A stretch of 64,000 nt of DNA from an uncultured delta proteobacterium (GTDB lineage Bacteria > Desulfobacterota > Binatia > Binatales > Binataceae): contig CAWFIF010000001.1 in NCBI GenBank assembly GCA_963815835.1, forward strand, positions 772,807-836,806, read 5' to 3'. The first letter of the stretch is position 1. Every line of letters begins with the position of its first letter. The position numbers and the translations under genes are program-made. This document shows positions 30,748 through 41,096 of the stretch, in pieces. The notes beneath the pieces are model-generated. The model was given only the letters and a program-made list of their open reading frames with translations, searched no databases and was not told the DNA's origin.

Positions 30748-33288
30748 ATGCCTGAAAAAACCGACGGAGACTCGCGCAATCCGCCTGAAGCAAAAGCGGC
30801 GGAACTTAAGCCGGCGCCGCAGCCGACCGAACTGGCGCCAGCGGAGCTGCGCGGCGCGCCTCCGCTAACCTCTGACGAGTTGCTTGCCGCGTCGAGGGAT
30901 GGCGACGGCGAGGAACTTCTCGGCCAAGGGCGCGCATTCGACGCGATCAGAATGGCAATTGGCATCGGCGGTCCCGGCTACAACGTGTTCGTATCGGGTG
31001 TGCGCTCGCGCGAAGAGCGCGAATCGGTCATCAAGCTGCTCGCCGAGAAGGCTGCCTCGATGCCGACCCCGGGCGATTGGGTGTACGTGCACAACTTCCG
31101 CAATCCCGAAGCGCCATGCGCGCTCTATCTGACGCCCGGCCAAGGTCCCAAGCTGCGCGATCGGATGAACCAACTGATCGAATCGATAATCGAGCAGCTT
31201 CCCAAGGCATTTAGACGAGAGGATTTCGATCAGGAACGTTCGGCGCTGCGCGAGAAATACAACAAGCGTGCGCAGGAACTCTTCGGAGGTCTCGAGCAGA
31301 AGGCGCGGGAAAAGGGCTTCGCGATCCAGACCACGCCCAACGGTCAGGTGATCTTCCTTCCGCTCGTCGAGGGCAAAATGCCCGAGTCGCCGGAGGCGCT
31401 CAACAAGGCGATGCAGGAAAAGACCGACGCGGAGCGTGAGCAACTGGGCAAGGCGCAAGTCGAGCTGCAAGAGGAGTTCGGCAGCGTCATCCTTAAGCAG
31501 CAGGAGCTGATGCGCGAACTGATAGAGGATATCCGCACCATCGAGCGCTCGTTCGCGGCCCGCCTGGTCAATCCACTGATCGCTGAAATCAAGGCTCAAT
31601 TCGAAAATCCCGGCGTTGCCGCATACCTCGATCATGTAGCCGAGCACATCCTCGACAATCTCGACCGCTTTCGTGAAACCGAGGGCAGGCAGGCACCCGG
31701 CATTCCGGGGATGCCGCAAGCGCCGGAAGACGGACGCCACTGGTTCGAGTACCAGGTCAACGTGATGGTCGATAACTCGGAGACCAAGGGCGCGCCGGTG
31801 GTCAATGAGGATGCGCCGAGCTACCGAAACTTGTTCGGCACCATCGAGCGTTGGATCGATCCGCTCGGGCGCTCCGGCACCAACTTCACCCGAATTATCG
31901 GCGGCTCATACATCAAGTCCCACGGCGGCTTCCTGATCCTCGACATGGAAGACGCGGTAATCGAGCCTGGAGTGTGGAAGGCACTCAAGCGCAGTCTCAA
32001 ATCCGGCCGCGTCACGGTGGAGACCTTTGAGCCGTTCCCGTTTTTCTCAGTGAGCGGACTGCGCCCCGAATCGATCGAGGTGCGCAACAAGATCCTCGTC
32101 CTCGGCGGGCCGTATCTCTACAATCTGTTGTATTTCTACGACACCGATTTCCCAGAGTTGTTCAAGGTCAAAGCGGAGATTAGACCGATCGTCGGCGCCG
32201 ACAAGACCGCTGCGGCGAAGTATGCGGCGCGCGTGGGCGAATTGGTGCGGCGCGAGAAACTGCCGCCATTCGAGGGCGACGCACTCGCGAGAATCGTGCA
32301 GTTCGGGATGCGGCTGGCGGGCGATCGCGCGCGGATGCTGGCCGTGATGGAGCCGATCGACGATTTAGCGCGCGAGTCGGCCTACTTCGCGATTAGCGAG
32401 GGCGCCCGTATCGTCGCCGCGCCGCACGTCGAGCGAGCACTGCGCGAGCGGATGCTGCGGCTCAACTACATCGAGGAGGAGATCCGCCGGCTGATCGCGA
32501 ACGGCACGCTGATCGTACATCTTGATGGAGCCTCGGTCGGACAGATAAACGGACTCGCCGTGATCGACGTCGGCGGCTATGCATTTGGGCGTCCCTCGCG
32601 CATCACCGCAACCGTGGCGCTAGGCCAGGCGGGGCTCATCAACATCGAACGCGAGGCACGCCTTTCGGGATCGACGCATGACAAAGGCGTCGCGATCCTG
32701 AGCGGATTCCTGCGCAACCGCTTCGGCCAGACTCATCCGGTTGCGATGACGGCTAGCATCTGCTTCGAGCAATCCTATTCGGGGATCGACGGAGACAGCG
32801 CCAGCTCTACCGAGGTTTACGCGCTGTTGTCAGCTCTGAGCGGAGTGCCGATTCGCCAGAATCTGGCCGTCACCGGCTCGGTCAACCAATACGGCGACGT
32901 CCAGGCGATCGGCGGTGCCAATGAGAAAATCGAAGGCTACTACCGTGTGTGCAAGGCAGTCGGGCTCACCGGATCGCAGGGCGTGCTGGTGCCGCGCGCC
33001 AATATCGCCAACCTGATGCTTGATCCTGAAACCGTCGATGCGGTCGCGCGGGGCGCCTTCCATATCTATCCGGTGGATAACATCGATCGCGGCATCGAGT
33101 TGCTTACCGGCGTCCGCGCGGGAAGCATTGATGAGCCCGGCACCATCAACTATCTCGTCGACCAGAGACTCCAGAAGATCTCACTCTGGCTCCGCGAACG
33201 TGGCGAACGCGAAACCCGCATCGTACACGACAATCCTCCCACTCCGCCTGCGCCCAAGCCGCCGGAGCCTCCGGGGCCGCCGCGATAG
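30748..33288 (+). CDS. Lon-like protease with degenerate Walker A (LonC-type) and Pro-rich C-terminal tail
   Basis: 846 aa. AAA-like region lacks GK[ST] (GIGGPGYNVFVSG). Large helical insertion. C-terminal S16 peptidase domain with Ser-Lys dyad context (GIDGDSASSTEVYALLSALSGVPIRQNLAVTGSVNQYGDVQAIGGANEKIEG). Confidence 0.75.
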   Translation: MPEKTDGDSRNPPEAKAAELKPAPQPTELAPAELRGAPPLTSDELLAASRDGDGEELLGQGRAFDAIRMAIGIGGPGYNVFVSGVRSREERESVIKLLAEKAASMPTPGDWVYVHNFRNPEAPCALYLTPGQGPKLRDRMNQLIESIIEQLPKAFRREDFDQERSALREKYNKRAQELFGGLEQKAREKGFAIQTTPNGQVIFLPLVEGKMPESPEALNKAMQEKTDAEREQLGKAQVELQEEFGSVILKQQELMRELIEDIRTIERSFAARLVNPLIAEIKAQFENPGVAAYLDHVAEHILDNLDRFRETEGRQAPGIPGMPQAPEDGRHWFEYQVNVMVDNSETKGAPVVNEDAPSYRNLFGTIERWIDPLGRSGTNFTRIIGGSYIKSHGGFLILDMEDAVIEPGVWKALKRSLKSGRVTVETFEPFPFFSVSGLRPESIEVRNKILVLGGPYLYNLLYFYDTDFPELFKVKAEIRPIVGADKTAAAKYAARVGELVRREKLPPFEGDALARIVQFGMRLAGDRARMLAVMEPIDDLARESAYFAISEGARIVAAPHVERALRERMLRLNYIEEEIRRLIANGTLIVHLDGASVGQINGLAVIDVGGYAFGRPSRITATVALGQAGLINIEREARLSGSTHDKGVAILSGFLRNRFGQTHPVAMTASICFEQSYSGIDGDSASSTEVYALLSALSGVPIRQNLAVTGSVNQYGDVQAIGGANEKIEGYYRVCKAVGLTGSQGVLVPRANIANLMLDPETVDAVARGAFHIYPVDNIDRGIELLTGVRAGSIDEPGTINYLVDQRLQKISLWLRERGERETRIVHDNPPTPPAPKPPEPPGPPR

Positions 33289-33336
33289 TTGATGTTGTTT
33301 CACGCGCGGAGAATATTTCCGCTAGAGTCCCCCAGA

Positions 33337-34740
33337 ATGCCGATTGATTTGCGGCTCGACCCGCACGAGATATCCCTCCTCAACGACCTCTACGAATTTA
33401 CCGTGGCGGCGGCCTTCTTCGAGCGCGGGATGAATGGCGCCGCCTCCTTCGAGGTCATGGTGCGGCGCTTTCCGCCGAGCCGTGGATACATGATTGCGGC
33501 CGGGTTGGAGCGCGTGCTTCAAATCCTCGAGGATTTCCACTTCGATGCGACGGCGATTGACCATCTTGAGTCGCTGCATCTCTTCAAGCCCGAATTTCTA
33601 CATCACCTGGCGCAGTTGCGTTTCACCGGCTCGGTGCGCGCGGTCGCGGATGGCAGCATCTTCTTTCCCGGCGAACCGGTCATGGAAGTACGCGGACCGC
33701 TCATCGAAACGCAGATCCTCGAGCCGTTGATCCTGAACCAGCTGGGATTCGCATCGCTTACGGCGACCAAGGCGGCGCGATGTTTCAGCGTCGCCTCCGG
33801 ACGGCGGCTGGTCGAGTTCGGCTTGCGGCGGGGGCAGGGAGCCGATGCGACTTTGATCGCCGCACACTCCAGCTATCTGGCGGGGTTCAGCGGAACCTCG
33901 AACGTGCTCGCCGGCAAACGCTATGGGATGCCGGTGTTTGGCACCATGAGCCACAGCTTCATAATGGCGCATGATGGCGAGCGCCAGGCGTTCGAGGATT
34001 TCGCCCGAACTTTTCCCAAACTGAACACGATGCTGGTCGATACTTACGACACGGCGCAGGGCGTCAGGAACGTCGCGGAACTCGCGCAGCGGCTCACCAA
34101 GGAAGAGATTAAAATACAGGCGGTGAGATTGGACAGCGGCGACCTCTATCAGTTGAGCCGCCAGGCGCGCGCGATTCTCGATCAGCACGGACTGACTGAC
34201 ATCGCGATCTTTGCCAGCGGCAATCTCGACGAATATCGAATCGCGGACCTGATTCGCGCGGGCGCGCCGATCGACGCGTTCGGTGTGGGAACCGCGCTGA
34301 CCGTCAGCGACGATGCTCCCAGCGCCGACTACACCTACAAGCTCTCCGACTATCTCGGCCGTCCGCGGCTCAAAACGTCCGCGGGCAAGACCACGGTGCC
34401 GGGGCGCAAGCAGATCTTCCGGGGAATCGACGCCGGCAATCACTTTTCGCAGGATCTGGTTGGGCTCATGGATGAAACGCCGAGCAGCGTGACGCGCGAA
34501 TTCAAGCCCGCAGTTTCCAAAATCACGCCGATGCTGCAGACGGTGTTCGAGAATGGCCGGCGGGCGATCGCGGCGCCCACGCTGGATGAATCGCGCGATC
34601 ATTTCATGACCGAGTTCGCGATGCTCGGCGCAAAGCAGCGCTCACTCGCAAATCCCGCGGTGTATGCTGTCCGCCTTACCGCCGCGCTGAACGCGATGAC
34701 GATTAGCGCGAAGCTTCGGGCGGAGCAGCTGCAAGACTGA
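33337..34740 (+). CDS. pncB: nicotinate phosphoribosyltransferase
   Basis: NAPRTase N-terminal and catalytic domain motifs (LLNDLYEFTVAAAF; GTMSHSFIMAHD; GVGTAL). The tabulated ORF starts at 33289, overlapping the Lon stop. Confidence 0.8.
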   Translation: MPIDLRLDPHEISLLNDLYEFTVAAAFFERGMNGAASFEVMVRRFPPSRGYMIAAGLERVLQILEDFHFDATAIDHLESLHLFKPEFLHHLAQLRFTGSVRAVADGSIFFPGEPVMEVRGPLIETQILEPLILNQLGFASLTATKAARCFSVASGRRLVEFGLRRGQGADATLIAAHSSYLAGFSGTSNVLAGKRYGMPVFGTMSHSFIMAHDGERQAFEDFARTFPKLNTMLVDTYDTAQGVRNVAELAQRLTKEEIKIQAVRLDSGDLYQLSRQARAILDQHGLTDIAIFASGNLDEYRIADLIRAGAPIDAFGVGTALTVSDDAPSADYTYKLSDYLGRPRLKTSAGKTTVPGRKQIFRGIDAGNHFSQDLVGLMDETPSSVTREFKPAVSKITPMLQTVFENGRRAIAAPTLDESRDHFMTEFAMLGAKQRSLANPAVYAVRLTAALNAMTISAKLRAEQLQD

Positions 34741-36889
34741 GCGAAGGTTGCGATGACACGCGCTCGGCAACCTGCCGCAGGTGCGACGGGTCGAATTCCA
34801 TCACCATCAACTGGATCGATTCGCCACTGGTTGAGCCGAAGATTTGCGGCGCGAACAGATAACGGACAAACGTCCGCGCTCCATTCGGCGGCCAAAGCCG
34901 CGGATATGGAAAGTAGATTTTCTCGGCATCGGCGCCATAGCTATCGATGATCGGTTTGAGACCCGAGGCGGAGCCGGCGACCCCAATTCCGATTTTGCCT
35001 TCGAGCTGGCCCGACCAGATGTCGTTATAGCCGTCGGGCTTGGGATCGAATGTCCATCCCGCGGGGAACAGGCCGGCGGCTTCGAGCGTCGGGACGTTGA
35101 GCTTAGCGGCATCGCCGCCGTTCTCGAGATAGCGCTCGGTCGCCGCGATCAGCGTCTCGAAGCGAGCGCGTTCGGCACGTTGCTCGAGGTCGATCGCGTT
35201 CATTCCCCGATACGCCTTAAGCGCGTCGGGCGGGATGCGATAGAAAAGAACGCCCCCGACTTCCCGCGGCGTGACCTCGAGACTCGATAGCAACTGCTTC
35301 CATTGCGGCACGCGCGAATCGCCCGCGTCGAGCACGATCGCGGTGATGCCGAGGTTGGCGACGAAGGCCTTGAGCTGGAGATCCGGCTGCGGAAGGTCGG
35401 GCGAGCCGACGAACACGTTGACCACCGGCCAGCGCCGAATCTCGATCGGCTGCAGACCGGTCAGTCCCGATGCCATCCGAAAATTCATTCCGCTCTCGGC
35501 CAGCCACATCATCGACATCCCCTGTTGGCCAAACGGCAGCGGCAGCACGATATCATCGCCGGCCAGCAAACGATTCGAACTTCCGTCACGGAAAAATGCC
35601 GGCAGCGGCGCCCGGCGCGCCCAGAACGACGCGGCAGGGTTCGGCATCAGCATGATGAGCGTCGCCAGCGTGCCGATCACTTTTTCCGCTGGGCCGGTGA
35701 GCGGATCGCAAAGCCACATCGTGAAAATGACGGCCAGCGCAAGGAAGGCATACATGACCAGCCGCCCCGGGACGGCGCTTTTGATCAGCGGCAGCTTCTC
35801 GACCACCAGCCACGGCATCGGCAGTACCTGATGTCCCGCGATCTGAAGATATGGTCCGAGGGCGAGGATGCAGCTCACCGCGACGGTTGCCAGGAGAAGT
35901 TTCGGCAGCAACTCGCCGCGATGGCGGCGGCTCCAGACCGCCGCGATCGCGAGCAGCGGAATTCCGAGGCACGCGCCCTGTTCGTAAATGTCGCCGGGAA
36001 AGGTCGCGGAGACTTGTGTCAGCGTCCCGAGGTTGCCGATCGCATTGGCTGGAGTAGGAACGATGAAGTTCAGCAAGTCGGTGGAGAACCTCGCGGACGG
36101 CCATAGCGGCCGGCTCGGGAATCCGTAGGCGAAATAGAAATAGATATATGGACTCATCAGCAGCGCGGTGAACGCATATGCCGCCGCGATTTCGGGGATC
36201 AATCGCGCGATGCGCCGGCGATCCTCTCCTGACGCGATTCGCAACCCGATGAGTAGCGTCAGCGCGGCGAGGAACGTCATCACCGCGAACGGTTCGAGCA
36301 CCAGCAGGAACTGCATCGAAAGGACGAGGGTCAGCAGAACCACGAATCGGTTGCGGCTTAGATTTTCCCGCACCCGCCGAACGGCGAGGTATACCGCGAG
36401 CGGAACCGGGAAAATCAGGAGCTGATTCAGATGGCTGAGAATTTGTCCAAGCACAAAGGGTGAGAAGCCGAACAGAAATCCACCCAGCAGCGCCGCGGCA
36501 AAGGCGCCGCTCAATCTCCGACAGAGCAGAAACGCCGTTAAGGCGGCCAGCGGCGGCAGCATCACAATGATCAGGTTGAAAGTCGCGAGCGGCCCGAGCG
36601 TGTTAGTCAGCGGCGTTGCGATGATACCCAACAGCGGGAGGCACGTGACCCAGGCGAGGTTTATGCCTTGCGGCGCCCAAATCAACTTGGTCAGAAATGG
36701 ATGCGCATGATGATGCAGTACATAGGGCCACCATGCGAGCGACCACATATACAATGATGGGTCGGTGTCGCGGCCGACGTAGTAATCGAACAGATGTCCG
36801 GGAAGCATCCGCGCGAAAAATATCAGTGACAGGAATAGGTATACGGCAAACGCGAACAGACTATTCGCAAGTGTGTGACGCGATTGCAT
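34703..36889 (-). CDS. large polytopic membrane protein with C-terminal extracytoplasmic domain (putative GT-C-type glycosyltransferase); paralogue 3 of a trio
   Basis: 728 aa, about 10-12 predicted TM helices in the first 420 aa, then a soluble domain of about 300 aa. ATG lies 3 nt after the stop of the upstream paralogue. Confidence 0.5.
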   Translation of the reverse strand: MQSRHTLANSLFAFAVYLFLSLIFFARMLPGHLFDYYVGRDTDPSLYMWSLAWWPYVLHHHAHPFLTKLIWAPQGINLAWVTCLPLLGIIATPLTNTLGPLATFNLIIVMLPPLAALTAFLLCRRLSGAFAAALLGGFLFGFSPFVLGQILSHLNQLLIFPVPLAVYLAVRRVRENLSRNRFVVLLTLVLSMQFLLVLEPFAVMTFLAALTLLIGLRIASGEDRRRIARLIPEIAAAYAFTALLMSPYIYFYFAYGFPSRPLWPSARFSTDLLNFIVPTPANAIGNLGTLTQVSATFPGDIYEQGACLGIPLLAIAAVWSRRHRGELLPKLLLATVAVSCILALGPYLQIAGHQVLPMPWLVVEKLPLIKSAVPGRLVMYAFLALAVIFTMWLCDPLTGPAEKVIGTLATLIMLMPNPAASFWARRAPLPAFFRDGSSNRLLAGDDIVLPLPFGQQGMSMMWLAESGMNFRMASGLTGLQPIEIRRWPVVNVFVGSPDLPQPDLQLKAFVANLGITAIVLDAGDSRVPQWKQLLSSLEVTPREVGGVLFYRIPPDALKAYRGMNAIDLEQRAERARFETLIAATERYLENGGDAAKLNVPTLEAAGLFPAGWTFDPKPDGYNDIWSGQLEGKIGIGVAGSASGLKPIIDSYGADAEKIYFPYPRLWPPNGARTFVRYLFAPQIFGSTSGESIQLMVMEFDPSHLRQVAERVSSQPSLSLAAAPPEASR

Positions 36890-36892
36890 ACG

Positions 36893-38434
36893 CTAGTACT
36901 TGCGCGTTCTACCCGCGGCGATGCGTCTCAGCCGATTGGTATTTTCGATTACATACTCAGGCGGAGCGATAAGTCCGGCTGCGAATTGTGGATAGGACCA
37001 ATCCAGCGCTCGCTCAGGATGCTTGTCTACATCAACTACGGTGCTCCATTGCTGCGTAGCTGATGAGAATGCACCCCGGCCGTTGATCGCTACAGACAGC
37101 GCAAGCAGCATCAGCGCGGTCACCATCTCGCCCCGGCTTAAGACCGACAAGCGTCCAACCGACGCGGCGGCGCATCCGAGGATCGCCAGCAGCGCGAACC
37201 ACGGGAGTGCGTCCATCATCAGTCGCGCGCCATAGCAATAGCCTCCCCACCAACAAGGATAAGCGCCGATAGCGACGAGGTTCGTTGTCGCCGTTGCTAT
37301 CGAAAGGAGTGCGAGACGGCGCAACGGAAGATTCTTCCAATAGCGAACGATCAGGTAGACAACAAAGCCGAGCACGGGAACATAGATGAACAGTCCCCGC
37401 GAGGGGCCGACGAGGTTCCCGTAGAGACCGACCCAGAAAGCATGCGAACCGAACCGGGATCGGTAGTATCCAGGAATCAGCTCGCCATAAGTCATCCACC
37501 AATACGCGACGAATCCAGCGAGCCATGATGCGCCGGTCGCGGCGAACGCGACGAACCTTAGGCGGTGGTAGACTAAAAGATAGGCGCTGACGCAGGCGAT
37601 TGTGATCGCGCCTGTGGGGCGCACGAAGTACATCCAGGAAAGAATGGTGGCGAGAAGTACCGGACGCACCGAGCGGTGTTCTACCTCGGCGGACAAAATA
37701 TCGTATACCGCCAAGCCGCCGAGAAAGATGAACCATGTATGCGACCACAGTGAGCGCGTCCCCGCGCTCCATACTTGCGTGCCGAGTGCGAAACCGAGCG
37801 CAATGATGGCGCTTGGGGCCGCGCTGAGCATCAGCATCGCGGTTCTAAACACGACGCACGCCAGAAGAGCCATCAGCAACGCCGCTAGTGTTTTCTGAAT
37901 CGTCACTTCGCCCACCCGGTTGTATTCGCGATCCGGTGTGGCGGCCGTGATTCCGATAGCGTTCATAAGGGCCACGAACGGAACTGACAAAATCGAACTT
38001 CCGTTCGGATAGCGATAGACAATGTTGCCGTTTACGTTTCCCAGCTCGTAGCTATACGGATTTTGTGGATCGTCGATTGGTGGCGCGCTCGTTTTGAGTA
38101 CCGCAATCGGCTCAGCGAACCTATAGGCGTTAAGATGGGTGGAGTGACTATGCAGGATGCTTTCGCTCAGAAGAGTAGAGTACAAAGAATCACAAATGTC
38201 GATGACAGGAGACACTGAAAAAAGTAGGTACGTAAGAGAGAACAACACCACTGTCAGAAACAAACGCGTCCGATATTCCAAGCTCGCGTTTACCCGCCAT
38301 TGCATCAACACGGGAACAGATGCATTCGCCTTGCAGCGAAGCGCCCTGGTGAGACCAATTCCGAGTTGCCTCAACCCCATAAACCTCATGGAGATAGATG
38401 CCGTTGGAAAATCTCGAAGTATTGACCTTTCCAT
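36893..38434 (-). CDS. polytopic membrane protein, paralogue 2 of trio (putative GT-C-type glycosyltransferase)
   Basis: 513 aa, multi-TM, Asp-rich first extracytoplasmic loop (PPIDDPQNPY). Lower GC than flanking DNA. Confidence 0.5.
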   Translation of the reverse strand: MERSILRDFPTASISMRFMGLRQLGIGLTRALRCKANASVPVLMQWRVNASLEYRTRLFLTVVLFSLTYLLFSVSPVIDICDSLYSTLLSESILHSHSTHLNAYRFAEPIAVLKTSAPPIDDPQNPYSYELGNVNGNIVYRYPNGSSILSVPFVALMNAIGITAATPDREYNRVGEVTIQKTLAALLMALLACVVFRTAMLMLSAAPSAIIALGFALGTQVWSAGTRSLWSHTWFIFLGGLAVYDILSAEVEHRSVRPVLLATILSWMYFVRPTGAITIACVSAYLLVYHRLRFVAFAATGASWLAGFVAYWWMTYGELIPGYYRSRFGSHAFWVGLYGNLVGPSRGLFIYVPVLGFVVYLIVRYWKNLPLRRLALLSIATATTNLVAIGAYPCWWGGYCYGARLMMDALPWFALLAILGCAAASVGRLSVLSRGEMVTALMLLALSVAINGRGAFSSATQQWSTVVDVDKHPERALDWSYPQFAAGLIAPPEYVIENTNRLRRIAAGRTRKY

Positions 38435-39915
38435 ACCGGCGAGAAGTCTCCGAGAGAATGGTTGAACTCAGGCTCACTGGCTATGCCGGTGCATGTACTC
38501 TTAGTCAATGGGACTACGACCGTGTTGGCGACCGCTAGGTCTCTTAGCTTGCGGCTTATATCCCCTTGGGTCATTAGGCCCTTCATAAGGAACAGGCTTA
38601 CGGGTTGTTGAAATCCCGGAAACAACAATTCGGCCGCGCCCATCTCGTCGAGGATTGTGACTTTGTGATCTCCGGCAATCGCCAAAACCGTCTCCCATTC
38701 AGCGCGCTCGTCGCGGCGAGCCCACAACCCTTTCGTGCTGGGAGTGGGTGTAGTTGTTGCCCACCATCGTAACGTCCAGTAGCCAAGGGCGGTCCATGAA
38801 AAGAAGGCGAGTACGGAAAGAGCCAGGCCGAGGCGTCGATGGTAGGGCCCGAAGTCTACAGCTACTGCACATCCGATAACGAGAAGATAAGAGTAATAAA
38901 TCCACGAAAACTGATTTCCGAAGAAGGCGAAAAGAAAGCACAAATGAAGAACCGCGCAGGTTATCACCAGTCCTGCTCTGCGGGTCGGTAATTCTCCACT
39001 CACAATAGCGGCGATGATTGCAGAAGTTGCGCATCCGTATAGAAAGAGATTAGCCGCGATCCAGAAGCCCGAATGAGTGATAAAGTAGAAGGGCCAGGCC
39101 TTCGCATCCCAAAGGCCGCGTCCATCGGCAAAGAGTCCAAAATTAAGTGCACGATAGGCGGCCGCTCCTTCGATCGGGACTGCGGTTCGCAGAAGCACGC
39201 TTGCTCCAAACTCGATTGACAGCACCATGGCAACAGTGAGGAACGTTACCGCCGCTGGAGCGAAGGCCAACAACCAACGTCGAGGAGAGAATGATTCTTT
39301 GGTCAGATCTCGGACTATGAGAAGAATGAGCAATAGAGAGTAAGCGTAGGCCATGCTCGGCTTCGCGAAAACGGTGGCGCTTGTGATAGCCAGAGCGATT
39401 GTTTTCGCTCCGGATGCCTGCTGCGCCAGCGCTGATACTATGAGGGCAGCCTCCATCGCGTGAGCCAGGTTGGGATAGGTCGGTTGAAACGCGAACCCCA
39501 AGCCGATGGTAGTAAATATCAGCCCAAGGCCACCGATCCGTATTTGCACAAATGTTTTTGCCAACGCCCAGGCGCAGACAAGGTTGAAGGAAATCATGGC
39601 GAATTGATACGACCATGGAGTGGGTCCCAGCGCGGCAAACCAGACGCGGCCGAAGAGGGCCGGAAGCAAGCCGTAGTGATAGCCGAAATCAATCCCGGCA
39701 CGATAACCGTGCGATATCAGATATTGGAGCGTCAGATTCGAGCCGTGATCGCAGAAGGCGAATCCATCGAACCGCATACTCTCCGGGAGCCGTGCCAGAT
39801 TTAGCGCTAACAACTCAATCGAAAACAGAGCGAGCAGCATCGCAAAGCTCGGCCTGAACTCGCTACTCTGTTTGGAATCCCACCGGTCTATCGCGATGGA
39901 GCTATACGCGGCCAT
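38386..39915 (-). CDS. polytopic membrane protein, paralogue 1 of trio (putative GT-C-type glycosyltransferase)
   Basis: 509 aa, multi-TM. 3' end overlaps the start region of paralogue 2. Lower GC. Confidence 0.5.
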   Translation of the reverse strand: MAAYSSIAIDRWDSKQSSEFRPSFAMLLALFSIELLALNLARLPESMRFDGFAFCDHGSNLTLQYLISHGYRAGIDFGYHYGLLPALFGRVWFAALGPTPWSYQFAMISFNLVCAWALAKTFVQIRIGGLGLIFTTIGLGFAFQPTYPNLAHAMEAALIVSALAQQASGAKTIALAITSATVFAKPSMAYAYSLLLILLIVRDLTKESFSPRRWLLAFAPAAVTFLTVAMVLSIEFGASVLLRTAVPIEGAAAYRALNFGLFADGRGLWDAKAWPFYFITHSGFWIAANLFLYGCATSAIIAAIVSGELPTRRAGLVITCAVLHLCFLFAFFGNQFSWIYYSYLLVIGCAVAVDFGPYHRRLGLALSVLAFFSWTALGYWTLRWWATTTPTPSTKGLWARRDERAEWETVLAIAGDHKVTILDEMGAAELLFPGFQQPVSLFLMKGLMTQGDISRKLRDLAVANTVVVPLTKSTCTGIASEPEFNHSLGDFSPVWKGQYFEIFQRHLSP

Positions 39916-40162
39916 CAGAAGTTTGCGGGTTCTTCTCCCATAGCGCTCGATACCGGCCCGGTGCTGACGACGTGGCCGTGCTCCCCCGAACTGATGATTC
40001 CATCCCCCATCCCCGGACCCTCAGTCTGAAGCTATCGGCGTCCGATTGGCGAATCAACCCGTCTGTCTGTACGGCGCAAATACCGTCCATTTGTTGGATG
40101 TGGGTTGACAAATGCAGGCCGCGCGGGTTACGCGGCTGTTATTATCGAAGAGGTCGCCAACC

Positions 40163-40975
40163 GTGTCGTACAAACACATCCGCTATGAGAGATCCGATAG
40201 CATCGCCAGGGTGATTCTGAACCGTCCGCGCTACAAGAACGCGCAGTCGCGTCTGATGATCGAGGAGATGGACGAGGCATTTGCCGCCGCCAACGAGGAC
40301 GACGACATCCGAGTCGTTATTCTGAAGGGCGAGGGCGAGCATTTCTCCTCCGGCCACGACCTCGGCACGACCGAAGAGAAGGAAGATCTCGAGAAACGTC
40401 CCTATCCGAAGGGGATGCGCGGGCAGCATAAGCGCTCGTGGGATTTGTATATCGACGCGACGCTCAGGTGGCGCGATCTCACCAAGCCCACCATCGCGCA
40501 GGTTCATGGCTTCTGCATTTTCGGCGGCTGGATGTTCGCCGCCGCGATGGATCTGATCGTCGCCTCCGATGACGCGATGTTCCTGCCCTCGCTGCTGCAA
40601 TACTTTTCGATTCCGTGGGATATCGGGGTGCGCAAGGCCAAGGAAATTCTCTATCAAAGCCGCTTCGTCAAGGCGGAGGAGGCGGAGAGGCTCGGCTTCG
40701 TGAACATGGTGGTTCCGCGTGACCGGCTCGAGGAGGAGACAACAGCGCTTGCGGAGCGCATCGCGGAGAGCGATCGCTTCACGCTGCGGATGCTGAAGAT
40801 TGCGATCAACAATGCGCAGGACGAGATGGGCTTCCGCAGTGCGATCAAGAATGCGCATGCGCATCATATGGTGCTTATGGCGGGAGGATTGCTTCGCGAT
40901 CGCCTCGAAGGCCGCGCGCTGCCGAGTCGGATGCCGGGAGTTGATCAGGCGCTCAAGAAACTCGGCAAGTCGTGA
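40163..40975 (+). CDS. enoyl-CoA hydratase/isomerase (crotonase) family protein
   Basis: Crotonase fold motifs (IRVVILKGEGEHFSSGHDL; AQVHGFCIFGGWMFAAAMDLIVAS). GTG start at 40163 preceded by GAAGAGG. Confidence 0.75.
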   Translation: MSYKHIRYERSDSIARVILNRPRYKNAQSRLMIEEMDEAFAAANEDDDIRVVILKGEGEHFSSGHDLGTTEEKEDLEKRPYPKGMRGQHKRSWDLYIDATLRWRDLTKPTIAQVHGFCIFGGWMFAAAMDLIVASDDAMFLPSLLQYFSIPWDIGVRKAKEILYQSRFVKAEEAERLGFVNMVVPRDRLEEETTALAERIAESDRFTLRMLKIAINNAQDEMGFRSAIKNAHAHHMVLMAGGLLRDRLEGRALPSRMPGVDQALKKLGKS

Positions 40976-41096
40976 TCCTGACCGAATGCGTCCTGACTCA
41001 GGTTTCGTACGCCGCTATCATTGTTAAGGATTCTCGGTTAAAGATTCTCGCGCCGTCCGATCTCCTCGACCGACGCCGCTTAATCCGGAGCCCATC

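Noticed and set aside
30865-31740. 291-aa minus-strand ORF
   Set aside because: It is antisense to the Lon-like protease gene.
33598-34602. 334-aa minus-strand ORF
   Set aside because: It is antisense to pncB.
40142-40867. 241-aa minus-strand ORF
   Set aside because: It is antisense to the enoyl-CoA hydratase gene.
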